A DNA stretch of 64,000 bases, taken from NCBI GenBank assembly GCA_902493795.1, contig CABUQZ010000007.1, positions 4,401 to 68,400 on the forward strand. Reading direction: 5' to 3'. The notes under the pieces were generated by a model. That model ran no database searches. It worked only from the letters and a program-made list of their open reading frames with translations, and had not been told where the DNA came from. This document shows, in pieces, positions 37,436-47,222 of the stretch; the first letter of the stretch is position 1; each line of letters begins with the position of its first letter. Position numbers and translations under genes: made by a program. Source of the DNA: an uncultured Clostridium sp. Lineage in GTDB: Bacteria > Bacillota_I > Bacilli_A > RF39 > UBA660.

Positions 37436-39553
37436 CTAACCCTGACTGATATTAGTTTGTTTTAAAATATGTTTTTTAACATATAGTAAATCAAGAGTAT
37501 TAATAGTTCCATCTTTGTTAACATCAGCAGCTTGCTTATATGCTCCAGTTAAATTAAATTGTTTTAATATACTTTTTTTAACGTTTAGTAAATCAAGTGT
37601 ATTTATAACACCATCACCATTTATATCTCCATATATAACTATTTCGACTACTTTGGTATTTCCATTACTTGAAACAGTTACTTTATCACCAGTTACTACA
37701 ATTCCAGTAGTTTTAGGTTTATTATTTCTATCTGTAATATTTACTGTAACAGTAGGAGAGTTTTTAAGTATATTATTAATTACTGTATTAACACTTGTTC
37801 CTAAAGTTATTTTTGAAATGTATTGTCCTTTATAGTTATATCCAGATTTTTTAATTACATCATCTAAATTTACTACAATAGGTTCATCTGGTGTAATTGG
37901 TGTATCAGGAGTGTCAACATTTTCTCCTGGTTCTTCATCTTCGATAGGTGGAGTAACAACTTCATCTGGTTTCTTTCCTCTAATAATAGTTAATGAATAT
38001 GTTCTAACACTTTTATTTTGTGCTGTAACAACAACGTTAGCAATAGTTTTCTCATCAGTTAATGGAATACTTCCAACACCAGATATAGTAGCTTTTGAAT
38101 TAATACTTGTTGCACTTATCTGAACAGATTCAGCATAAGGAATATTAATTGTATAATTTGACACTTCGTTATTAAAGTTTGTTACAAGCGAATTATTTAC
38201 TTTTAAATCTTTTAAATAGTTATTTGGATTTCCTAAATTTGGTAATTTAGTACTTTCAGGCATTCCTTCAAAAACTGGAATAACAAATACGAAATCTTTT
38301 TCTATTAACCCAAATTTATTATATGAGTTATATGCAGAAACAGCAGGGGATGTTAAGGCATCTACATTAGTTGTGTACTGATGCCAATTTGGTTTTGTGG
38401 CATTTATTGATACATTAAATTTTTGAAAATAAGAAGTTTGCTGTCCACAGTTTACGTAACGTTCTGATACAAATGTTGATCCTTCAACGATTGCTTTTTG
38501 AGGTGTGTTCCAATTACTACTTTTAGCATATTTAAGTGACATTAACTTAGGGTTAGTTGATGAAGAAGCACCAATATTAAAGAAGTTATAATATCCAGTG
38601 TAATTAACTCCATCAGATAACACTCCAGCTTTTCCATTACTACATATATTATTAGTAGAAGTTCCAACTTCTTGTTTAACTAGTGAAGCAAGAAATATTG
38701 GAGAAACTTTGCTTCTTTCAGCTGCTTCCATAAAATAACTAGTATATTGTTTTAAGAAATCAGAAGAAAGAGTGTTTCTAGTAACATCACTTGTTTGATA
38801 TGTAGGATGATAAAATAATTCTTCAAACATAAAGATGCTTTTTTCTGTTAAAAAGTTTCTAGGATCAAGAAAATATGAAACAGTTTCGCTATTTGCTTGA
38901 TACCAATAATCACCATCATGTCTAATAAAAGTATCTGTATCATGATTGTAATCTGGCTCTAGTGTAGATAAATAACCTTCATACCCATTAGCAGCATCTG
39001 TTGGTGAAACATGATATAAATTATTCCCTGACGAATTTTGATACTCTAAAGTCTTTGACCAAGACTCTTTTGTTTTAATACCTTTAAATATCCAAGTAGG
39101 ATGCTTTTTGTGTAATTCTTTTAATTTTACTTTATAGCTTTCTGGAAATCCTTGAGAATTTAGATAAGCATCAAACTCTTCATCTGTCATTGCTGCCATC
39201 TGTTCTCCAGTTTCGCTAATTTCTGGAGATGGATTTTCTACTTCGGGCACATCAACTGTCTTAATATCGACAATAAAAGTTGAACATACATAACCCTGTA
39301 TATTATCAGCAGATTTAATTTTAACCCATTTATCATCACAACCATTACCACTTTCCGCATATTCAAGTATTGTAACAATTGAGTCGTGCTCTGCATTACC
39401 GATTTTTTCATAGTTAGTTCCAGGATTACTCCTAATTCTTAAACTAGGTACAGCGTCAACTCTTCCTACAGTAACTTGCACTGCGTAACTGTGTCTTGGA
39501 AGAAGTGCTAATGAAAACACGATAATAAACAAAATTGTTTTACATTTTTGCAT
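37436..39553 (-). CDS. secreted SH3b + GH73-like N-acetylglucosaminidase + cadherin-like module + C-terminal dockerin
   Basis: Signal peptide. SH3b-like (LRIRSNPGTNYEKIG..VKI..GYV). GH73-like block (SPIFLASLVKQEVG..GYYNFFNIGA). Dockerin duplicated Ca-binding loops DINGDGVINTLDLLNVKKSIL and DVNKDGTINTLDLLYVKKHIL. Confidence 0.7.
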   Translation of the reverse strand: MQKCKTILFIIVFSLALLPRHSYAVQVTVGRVDAVPSLRIRSNPGTNYEKIGNAEHDSIVTILEYAESGNGCDDKWVKIKSADNIQGYVCSTFIVDIKTVDVPEVENPSPEISETGEQMAAMTDEEFDAYLNSQGFPESYKVKLKELHKKHPTWIFKGIKTKESWSKTLEYQNSSGNNLYHVSPTDAANGYEGYLSTLEPDYNHDTDTFIRHDGDYWYQANSETVSYFLDPRNFLTEKSIFMFEELFYHPTYQTSDVTRNTLSSDFLKQYTSYFMEAAERSKVSPIFLASLVKQEVGTSTNNICSNGKAGVLSDGVNYTGYYNFFNIGASSSTNPKLMSLKYAKSSNWNTPQKAIVEGSTFVSERYVNCGQQTSYFQKFNVSINATKPNWHQYTTNVDALTSPAVSAYNSYNKFGLIEKDFVFVIPVFEGMPESTKLPNLGNPNNYLKDLKVNNSLVTNFNNEVSNYTINIPYAESVQISATSINSKATISGVGSIPLTDEKTIANVVVTAQNKSVRTYSLTIIRGKKPDEVVTPPIEDEEPGENVDTPDTPITPDEPIVVNLDDVIKKSGYNYKGQYISKITLGTSVNTVINNILKNSPTVTVNITDRNNKPKTTGIVVTGDKVTVSSNGNTKVVEIVIYGDINGDGVINTLDLLNVKKSILKQFNLTGAYKQAADVNKDGTINTLDLLYVKKHILKQTNISQG

Positions 39554-39837
39554 ATTTCACCTCCATAATTTTCCAACATAATTATATAATATTAGACATT
39601 ATCTAGTCCATAATATCAATAGAATATGGGAAGACTACCATAATTATTAGACATTAATTGACAAAAAATGGTATACACAAAAAAATAAATGCTACTTAAA
39701 AGCATTGAATAAGAAAAAATAATAAGATATAATCATATTAGAATAAAAAATAATAGAGTTAGTGAAACATGCATTTTACAAGTAAATTAAATAAATAAAT
39801 AAACTATAATTTTTTATAAGTTGGATGGAAAGTGAAT

Positions 39838-41028
39838 ATGGAAAATAGTAAGAAAAACAAAAAGACACCAAGCAAAATACAAAACAAGAAAAAAATAACT
39901 ATACAACCAAAAGATGTTAAACAAGAAAAAGAAGAAACAAAAACACCTAAAGTAAAACGCGTTGTAAAAAGAAAAAATATTGATCCAAAAAATCTAATTA
40001 TATTACTAGGAGTAATAGTTTTACTAATAATCTTCTTAATCGTGCTTTTTAATTCTAGAAATAAAGATAATGCTCTTGATGTTTTAGAGGAAAAAGGAGA
40101 CCAGATTGATTTAACAGAAAAAGAAGATTTTGCACCAGAAAAATTTCTTAGAGACTACATAAAATGTCATAACGTAGAGCAAAAAAATATAGTCTATTAT
40201 GATATCCCAGAAAAACTAGCATATGCTGTACAGGATTCTGAGTTTAACAAACAGTATTTTGAAAAGGGTAAAAATGTAAACTACTCTATAGTAGCAAATG
40301 TTTTCTACAATATATCTGCTGACGATTTAATTGATAAATATCAAGAAATAACAAGTGAAAATGAGTACATTAAAAGTTCGTATTCAATTTTAAAAAGCAA
40401 AGAAAATAATGTAAAGATATTGAAGTTTGATTATGTAAATAATGTAAAGAATGAACCCGAATTGTTATACACTGGTCAAGAAATATATTTTGTCTTAGAA
40501 ATAGATGGAGGAGATACTTTCTCTCTAGAATATAAATTGATTGATCAAAAAATGTCTGATAGATTATTAAATGAAATAGCAAATGGAATTGAAGTAGATA
40601 ATAATAAAGGAAATTATTTGGTATTAACAAAGAATAATAGTGTTTTAACGGGTTCATTGAAATCTATCGATAGATATTACTATGAGTTATATAATTTTAA
40701 TATCAAAATAGATGCTGATAAATATGTTGAAGTAGAAGATTCAAATAATTCATACAATCAAACAACATTAAAAAACAAAGAAAATAATGAAATAGTAACA
40801 ATAAAAACTTCTTACAACAACTTAAGTACAATAAAAAAATCCATAAGTAATGTTATAGAAACAAAAGTAACAATTAATAATAAAGAATTTACAAAACTAT
40901 ACAATAATGAAAAAACACATTATATATACATAACAGATAATAAAAATACATATGAAGTTATTTTGAATACAAATGGAAAATCTAAAATTGAGGATTTTAC
41001 TAATTTTACAGTAGAAAAAGTAGATTAA
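39838..41028 (+). CDS. membrane-anchored hypothetical protein (K-rich N-terminus, one TM, large external domain)
   Basis: About 396 aa. TM LIILLGVIVLLIIFLIVLF. No recognised motif. Confidence 0.45.
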   Translation: MENSKKNKKTPSKIQNKKKITIQPKDVKQEKEETKTPKVKRVVKRKNIDPKNLIILLGVIVLLIIFLIVLFNSRNKDNALDVLEEKGDQIDLTEKEDFAPEKFLRDYIKCHNVEQKNIVYYDIPEKLAYAVQDSEFNKQYFEKGKNVNYSIVANVFYNISADDLIDKYQEITSENEYIKSSYSILKSKENNVKILKFDYVNNVKNEPELLYTGQEIYFVLEIDGGDTFSLEYKLIDQKMSDRLLNEIANGIEVDNNKGNYLVLTKNNSVLTGSLKSIDRYYYELYNFNIKIDADKYVEVEDSNNSYNQTTLKNKENNEIVTIKTSYNNLSTIKKSISNVIETKVTINNKEFTKLYNNEKTHYIYITDNKNTYEVILNTNGKSKIEDFTNFTVEKVD

Positions 41029-41034
41029 CGAAAT

Positions 41035-41062
41035 GATAGTCTTTTATGGCTATCTTTTATTT
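41035..41062 (+). terminator. Rho-independent terminator
   Basis: GATAGTC-TTTTAT-GGCTATC followed by TTTTATTTT. Confidence 0.55.
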
Positions 41063-41149
41063 TATTTAAAAATTTGGTAAAATATTTATATATATCTTTA
41101 TTGATAACAACTTAAAGTATATAATAATTATTTAAAAAGAGGTGTTACC

Positions 41150-41629
41150 ATGGAGAAGAAGAAAAAAGTATTATTTATTTCTTCAACTGGAGGGCATTTA
41201 TCAGAATTAATGAGACTTTCTCCTATGTTTGATAAATATGATTATTTCATTATAACGGAAAAAACAAAATCTAATTTAGGACTTAAGGATATATATCCTA
41301 ATAGAGTCGGTTATTTGGTATATGGCACTAAAAGAAGAATATTAACTTATCCATTTAAACTTTTGTATAATTCGTTTAAAAGCTTGTTTTACTTTATTAA
41401 AATAAGACCACAAGTAGTTATAACAACAGGAACACATACTGCTGGGCCTATGTGTTGTATTGCTAAACTTTTTAGAAAAAAAGTAATATATATAGAAACA
41501 CTTGCAAATAGTAAGACAAAAACAGCAACAGGAAGATTAATTTATCATATTGCAGATTTATTCATTGTACAGTGGGAAGATATGTTAAAACTCTATCCTA
41601 AAGCTAAATATGGAGGGTGGATTTACTAA
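41150..41629 (+). CDS. Alg14-like glycosyltransferase subunit (PssD/Cps14F family)
   Basis: 159 aa. VLFISSTGGHLSELMRL N-terminal motif. Paired with an Alg13-like gene through a TAATG overlap. Confidence 0.65.
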   Translation: MEKKKKVLFISSTGGHLSELMRLSPMFDKYDYFIITEKTKSNLGLKDIYPNRVGYLVYGTKRRILTYPFKLLYNSFKSLFYFIKIRPQVVITTGTHTAGPMCCIAKLFRKKVIYIETLANSKTKTATGRLIYHIADLFIVQWEDMLKLYPKAKYGGWIY

Positions 41630-42108
41630 TGATATTTGTAACACTAGGAACTAATGATGAAAGTTTTGGAAGATTATTAAAAGCAATAGATAAAGAAATA
41701 GAGAAGAAAACGATAAAAGAGCGAGTAGTTGTACAAGCTGGATGCACAAAATACGAAAGCAAAAATATGGAGATATTCGATCTTATTCCAAGAGATGAGT
41801 TCGATAAATTAATAAGTGAATGTGATTTATTAATAACGCATGGAGGAGTAGGAAGTATCTTAACAGGTATTACTAAGGGTAAAAAAGTAATTGCAGTACC
41901 ACGTCTTGCTAAATATAAAGAACATGGTAATGACCACCAACTACAAATTGTGGAAAACTTTAGTAAAAAGAAGTATATCTTAGCAGTTAAAGATATGAAT
42001 AAATTAGGAAAAATAATAGAAAAATCTAAAACGTTTAAACCACAAAAATTTGTAAGCAATACAAATAATATAATAAATATGATAGAAGACTATATCGATA
42101 ATCTTTAG
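41629..42108 (+). CDS. Alg13-like glycosyltransferase catalytic subunit (GT28 C-terminal domain, PssE/Cps14G family)
   Basis: MIFVTLGT start and ITHGGVGSI motif. ATG 41629 overlaps the upstream stop. Confidence 0.65.
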   Translation: MIFVTLGTNDESFGRLLKAIDKEIEKKTIKERVVVQAGCTKYESKNMEIFDLIPRDEFDKLISECDLLITHGGVGSILTGITKGKKVIAVPRLAKYKEHGNDHQLQIVENFSKKKYILAVKDMNKLGKIIEKSKTFKPQKFVSNTNNIINMIEDYIDNL

Positions 42109-42116
42109 GAGATTTT

Positions 42117-43586
42117 ATGAAAGAAAAACTAGAAACAATAACATTTAAACATAATGTAACCTTGTTTACTTTTTTCCTTTTCTTTTTTCTATGTCTATTA
42201 TCACCAATAAGTGGAGATGACTGGAAAAGCTACATAATTGGAAAAGAAGGGTTAATGGAATGCTTTTCTAACATTGACTTCCAAGATGGGAGAGTATTAA
42301 GTGGCTTCTTAATAAATTTCTTGTCTTATAACAAGATTTTATTTAATTTTATATTTGCTTATTTAATGGGGCAATTTGTTAGAATATGTAACGATTTAAT
42401 GGGAAATGTTAAAACGAAATACTTGTATTTATATCCAGTAATTGGAGTTTTACTAGTAAGTACATTTATGTTTTCTTATAACTATATGTCTGTAACTAGT
42501 GCTATAGCATACACATTCCCAGTAATACTATTCTTTATGTATTTTTATCAATTGCTAAAAGATGAAGAAATAAATAAATTATCAATGTTAAAACTTTTGT
42601 TAATGGCAACATATATTTCTTTATCTTCCATTCATATAGCAATAACATTTTTTATAGCAAATTTAATATATTTTATAGCAGATGTAAATAAAAAAATTAA
42701 TGTTAAAACATTTATAATTCTTACAGTAGAATTTTTGCTAATATTAGTAAGTATGAGTTTTATCGATTACACTATTGTTTATACAAACTACAATGATATT
42801 TTAGGAAATATAAGTTATTTAATAGATAGAGTATTTTCAAATAACATAATACTAATTATTATAGGAGCAATTCCAATAAACTTTTATTTAAATGAAAAAT
42901 TAAAAGAAAATACTTATAAAAGGGTAGTAATAACATTATTTGATATGATTTTAGTATTCTCTTTAGGATACAATTTCTTCTATTATTCCCCAGTTAACTT
43001 AAATTTAGTTCTTAGTAAGTATAGTGGAATATTTGCAACTGAAAACTGGTATTATATTTTATATTTCTTAACATATATGGTACTATTTGTCTTAAGTATG
43101 AACTATTATATAAAGAATAGGAAGTTACATAAGACACTAAACATATTTACAACATCTAGTTTAATTCTTATGATATTTCTTATAATCTCACCAATATTTG
43201 ATAAAGGAAACATAATCTTCATCATATTTACAATAATACTTATCTCATGCATACTAGCAAAAGAAATGAATACAAAAGTTTATATTAAAATAGTAAAACT
43301 AACAGTTATTTTGTTAACTATATATTATGTATCAATGTTTGGAATAATAAAGTATATAGATAAAACAATAACTGATTACATAGAAGAACAGCTTAATACA
43401 ACTGAAACAAACATAGAAGTAAAGGCAAATCCATTATATTTAGTATGGAGATATAACCCAGTTGATTACTTCCAAATAAAAGATTTTAAGAAATTTTATG
43501 AAATACCAGAAACATATACAATAGAAGTAAAATATTTTGGAATATTTGAAAAAATAGAAAAGAAAGTAAAGGATAATGATTTTTAA
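42117..43586 (+). CDS. polytopic GT-C-like membrane protein, paralog of 16029..17549
   Basis: 489 aa with many TM segments. It carries the same N-terminal motif (PISGDDWKSY versus PLTGDDWGNY) and a similar C-terminal soluble tail (..FKKFYEIPE.. versus ..YKKYYKIDED..). Confidence 0.55.
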   Translation: MKEKLETITFKHNVTLFTFFLFFFLCLLSPISGDDWKSYIIGKEGLMECFSNIDFQDGRVLSGFLINFLSYNKILFNFIFAYLMGQFVRICNDLMGNVKTKYLYLYPVIGVLLVSTFMFSYNYMSVTSAIAYTFPVILFFMYFYQLLKDEEINKLSMLKLLLMATYISLSSIHIAITFFIANLIYFIADVNKKINVKTFIILTVEFLLILVSMSFIDYTIVYTNYNDILGNISYLIDRVFSNNIILIIIGAIPINFYLNEKLKENTYKRVVITLFDMILVFSLGYNFFYYSPVNLNLVLSKYSGIFATENWYYILYFLTYMVLFVLSMNYYIKNRKLHKTLNIFTTSSLILMIFLIISPIFDKGNIIFIIFTIILISCILAKEMNTKVYIKIVKLTVILLTIYYVSMFGIIKYIDKTITDYIEEQLNTTETNIEVKANPLYLVWRYNPVDYFQIKDFKKFYEIPETYTIEVKYFGIFEKIEKKVKDNDF

Positions 43587-43714
43587 GTCACTATTCTTTT
43601 TTTTTACTTCATCTATATTTCATAAAATATTGAAACTTTTCATAAGTTTCTTTTTTCTTTGTTAAAAATGTTATATAATAATATTACAACAATAAGAAAG
43701 GATGATATTTATTT

Positions 43715-46700
43715 ATGTATAAAATAATGGATGGAAATGAAGCCTGTAGTTATGTAGCTTATAATTTCTCAGAACTTGCAGGAATATATCCTATAACACC
43801 AGCATCTCCAATGGCAGAATATACTGATAAATGGGCAGGAACTGGTAAGAAAAACTTTTGGAACGATGAAGTTAAAGTAGTAGAGATGGAAAGTGAAGCA
43901 GGAGCTATTGCAACAGTTCATGGAGCTTTACAAAATGGAATACTTGCAACAACTTTTACTGCCTCTCAAGGACTTTTATTGATGATTCCAAACATGTATA
44001 AAATAGCAGGAGAATTACTTCCATGTGTTGTAAATGTAGCAGCACGAAGCCTAGCAACTCATGCTTTATCAATACTTGGAGATCATCAAGATATATATGC
44101 AACTCGTGCAACTGGATTTGCCTTTTTAGCATCAAGTTCAGTTCAACAAGTAATGGATTTAACAAGTGTAAGTTATCTTTCAACTTTAAAAGGAAGAGTG
44201 CCTTTTGTTAATTTCTTCGATGGATTTAGAACAAGTCATGAACTTCAAAAAATAGAATTACTTAACCTAGATAAAATAAAACCATTAATCGATAAAAAAG
44301 CTTTAAGTGAATTTAGAAAAAGAGCTTTATCAATTAATAATGTAACTCGTGGAACTAATGAAAATGATGATATTTATTTCCAAATTACAGAAGCTCATAA
44401 CAAGTATTATGATGCTTTACCTGATATCGTAAATGATTATATGGAAGAAATATCCAAAATAACAGGAAGAGATTACAAACCATTTAATTATTATGGAGCA
44501 GAAGATGCTACAAAAGTAATAGTAGCTATGGGATCTGGTTGTGAAGTAATTAAAGATACTATCGATAAAGTAGGAGATAAAGAAAAAATTGGATTAATAG
44601 AAGTACATCTATATAGACCATTTAGTAGCAAATACTTATTAAATGTTTTACCAAAGACAGTAAAAAGTATTGCAGTTTTAGATAGAACTAAAGAAAATGG
44701 AGCTCATGAACCACTATACCTAGATGTAGTAAGTGTTATTAAAGAAGCAAATCTTGATATTAAAGTAATTGGAGGACGTTTTGGATTATCTAGTAAAGAT
44801 ACTACTCCAGAACAAATTTATGCTGTATATAAATTCTTAGATAACAAAGATAATTTCAATGGATTTACAATTGGTATTACAGATGACGTTACAAACTTAT
44901 CACTTGAGCCAGTTGACTTTGGTTACAAATCAAGTACTCATGAAATTTTAATTTGGGGATTTGGATCAGATGGAATGGTAAGTGTATCTAAAGACTTATT
45001 AAAAATCGTTGGAAATAACACTAATGCCTATGCTCAAGGATATTTTGAATACGATTCTAAAAAATCAGGTGGAGTAACAAGATGTCATTTAAGATTAGGA
45101 CAAAACGAAATAAGAGAAGCTTTCTATGTTAAAACACCAGCTTTAGTAGTATGTACAAAGGACACATACCTAAAAAAATATGAAATGCTTGATACTATAG
45201 AGGAAAATGGAACATTCATTTTAAATACTTCAAAAAGTAAAGAAGAAGTACTTCTTTATATGACTAATCATGATAAGAAGATTTTAAAAGACAAGAATAT
45301 CAAATTCTATATAATAAATGCTAATGATTTAGCTCGTTCTGTAGGACTAGGTAACAAAATAAATACAATTATGGCAACAGTAATCTTTAAAATTGGTAAA
45401 TTAATTGATTTTAACTTTGCTATAAATGAAATTAAAAAATCACTAGAAACATTATTTACTAACAAAGGAAAAGAAGTTATTGAAAAAAATATTAAAGCAA
45501 TAGATAAAGCTTTAGAAACTCTTGAACTTGTTAATAAAGATGATATTAAAGTAACTGATGAAATTGAAAATAATGAAGAAAAGAGTGTTTTTGATCTTAT
45601 CATTGGAAGAAAGGGTAATGAATTAAAAGTTAGCCAGTTAGAAGAGTATGTAGATGGTACATTCCCAGGTGGAAAGAGTAAATATGAAAAACGTGATATG
45701 ACAGATATTCTTCCTTGCTATGACCCTAGTAAATGTATTATGTGTAACCAGTGTGCTTTTGTCTGTCCTCATGGAGTAATAAGACCATATTTACTTGATG
45801 AAGATGAAGAAAAGAAAGCACCACAGGAAGTAAAAGATAAACTTCAAGATGCTTTAATAAAAGATCAAAAATTAAAATTCACAATAAGCGTTAATATGGA
45901 TCAATGTACTGGTTGTGGTTTATGTAGTAATGTCTGCCCAGGTAAAAAAGGTGAAAAAGCAATCACTATGAAACCTACAGGAGAAGTTAAAAACGATGCT
46001 ACAGTAAAAGCTTCAGAATACTTATATAATGAAGTTAAAGAAAAGAAACCAATGAACGTAAACACAGTAAAAGGAAGCCAATTTGCTAAACCAAAAATAG
46101 AATTCCCAGGAGCGTGTGCTGGTTGTGGAGAAACACCATACTTAAAACTATTAACTCAATTATTTGGTGGAGAATTAGTAATATCTAATGCCACTGGATG
46201 TTCATCAATTTATGGAGGAAGTATTCCAGCAACATCATATAATATTCCATGGGCTAACTCATTATTTGAAGATAATGCAGAATTTGGTTATGGTATAGCA
46301 CTAGCTGATAAACTTCATAAAGAAAGAATCAAAAAAGTAATTTACAATAACTTAAAAGCAATTCCAGATGAATATAAAGAAATAGTATCTTCTTACTATA
46401 AACATTGTGATTATGAATCAAGTTGTCTATTATATGAATCAGTTAAAAATATTAAATTAAGAGAATTAACTGAATTAAAAGAATTCATTAAAACTAAATC
46501 ATTCTGGATAGTAGGTGGAGATGGATGGGCATATGATATTGGATACAATGGACTAGACCACGTTCTTTCTAACAAAGAAAATGTTAATATTCTAGTACTT
46601 GATACAGAAGTATATTCTAATACAGGTGGACAATCATCTAAATCTAGTAAAGTAGGAAGTGTTGCTAAGTTTACTTCAACAGGAAAAACAGTTGCTAAAA

Positions 46701-47137
46701 AAGATTTAGCTAAAATGGCTTTATCTTATCCACATGTATATGTTGCAACAATATCTTTAGGAGCAAACCCAGTTCAAGCAATTAAAGCCTTCACAGAAGC
46801 TAAAAACTATAATGGACCATCTATTATAATTGCCTATGCTCCTTGTATAGCTCAAGGATTAAAAGTAGGTATGGGAGACTCAATTGGAGAAGAAAAACGT
46901 GCTACAGAAGCAGGATACTTCCCAATATTTAGATATAATCCAGAAACAAAAGTATTCTCATTAGATTCTAAAGCAGATTTCTCTAAATACACAGAGTTCC
47001 TTGAAGGAGAAACAAGATATGCATCTTTAGGAAAAGTAAATAAAGATGAAAAATTAAACTTATACGAACAAAATAAAGCTAATGCTGAGGGTAGATATAA
47101 ATACTATGAATCCCTTGCAAATAAAGAAAAAGAGTAG
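43715..47137 (+). CDS. nifJ: pyruvate:ferredoxin (flavodoxin) oxidoreductase
   Basis: 1140 aa single-chain PFOR. Two 4Fe-4S motifs (CIMCNQCAFVCP, CTGCGLCSNVCP) and a TPP site (GGDGWAYDIGYNGLDH). Confidence 0.95.
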   Translation: MYKIMDGNEACSYVAYNFSELAGIYPITPASPMAEYTDKWAGTGKKNFWNDEVKVVEMESEAGAIATVHGALQNGILATTFTASQGLLLMIPNMYKIAGELLPCVVNVAARSLATHALSILGDHQDIYATRATGFAFLASSSVQQVMDLTSVSYLSTLKGRVPFVNFFDGFRTSHELQKIELLNLDKIKPLIDKKALSEFRKRALSINNVTRGTNENDDIYFQITEAHNKYYDALPDIVNDYMEEISKITGRDYKPFNYYGAEDATKVIVAMGSGCEVIKDTIDKVGDKEKIGLIEVHLYRPFSSKYLLNVLPKTVKSIAVLDRTKENGAHEPLYLDVVSVIKEANLDIKVIGGRFGLSSKDTTPEQIYAVYKFLDNKDNFNGFTIGITDDVTNLSLEPVDFGYKSSTHEILIWGFGSDGMVSVSKDLLKIVGNNTNAYAQGYFEYDSKKSGGVTRCHLRLGQNEIREAFYVKTPALVVCTKDTYLKKYEMLDTIEENGTFILNTSKSKEEVLLYMTNHDKKILKDKNIKFYIINANDLARSVGLGNKINTIMATVIFKIGKLIDFNFAINEIKKSLETLFTNKGKEVIEKNIKAIDKALETLELVNKDDIKVTDEIENNEEKSVFDLIIGRKGNELKVSQLEEYVDGTFPGGKSKYEKRDMTDILPCYDPSKCIMCNQCAFVCPHGVIRPYLLDEDEEKKAPQEVKDKLQDALIKDQKLKFTISVNMDQCTGCGLCSNVCPGKKGEKAITMKPTGEVKNDATVKASEYLYNEVKEKKPMNVNTVKGSQFAKPKIEFPGACAGCGETPYLKLLTQLFGGELVISNATGCSSIYGGSIPATSYNIPWANSLFEDNAEFGYGIALADKLHKERIKKVIYNNLKAIPDEYKEIVSSYYKHCDYESSCLLYESVKNIKLRELTELKEFIKTKSFWIVGGDGWAYDIGYNGLDHVLSNKENVNILVLDTEVYSNTGGQSSKSSKVGSVAKFTSTGKTVAKKDLAKMALSYPHVYVATISLGANPVQAIKAFTEAKNYNGPSIIIAYAPCIAQGLKVGMGDSIGEEKRATEAGYFPIFRYNPETKVFSLDSKADFSKYTEFLEGETRYASLGKVNKDEKLNLYEQNKANAEGRYKYYESLANKEKE

Positions 47138-47151
47138 AAATACTCTTTTTT
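47127..47151 (+). terminator. Rho-independent terminator
   Basis: AAAAGAGTA-GAAA-TACTCTTTTT overlapping the nifJ stop. Confidence 0.65.
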
Positions 47152-47168
47152 GATGCACAAAATCTCCA

Positions 47169-47206
47169 TTTTGTCAAATTGACAAAAAATTAAACTTTGC
47201 TAGAAT
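47169..47206 (+). promoter_or_regulatory. Promoter with an overlapping perfect 19-nt palindrome
   Basis: TTTTGTCAA-A-TTGACAAAA (47169-47187) contains the -35 TTGACA (47179-47184). A 16-nt spacer precedes an extended -10, TGcTAGAAT. Confidence 0.5.
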
Positions 47207-47222
47207 ATTTCTACATAGGGAG

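Noticed and set aside
39680-39830. Possible minus-strand sRNA ending at the hairpin AATGCT-(7 nt)-AGCATT followed by a T-run (about 39680-39715)
   Set aside because: The terminator-like hairpin is visible. I could not find a convincing minus-strand promoter upstream, so the evidence is too weak to report as a feature.
41604-42059. 151-aa minus-strand ORF
   Set aside because: It is antisense to the Alg13-like gene, which has the GT28 C-terminal motif and a translationally coupled start.
47169-47187. Rex-box assignment for the palindrome downstream of PFOR
   Set aside because: The half-site and the 1-nt spacing do not fit the TTGTGAA-N4-TTCACAA type consensus. It is reported only as an unassigned palindrome.
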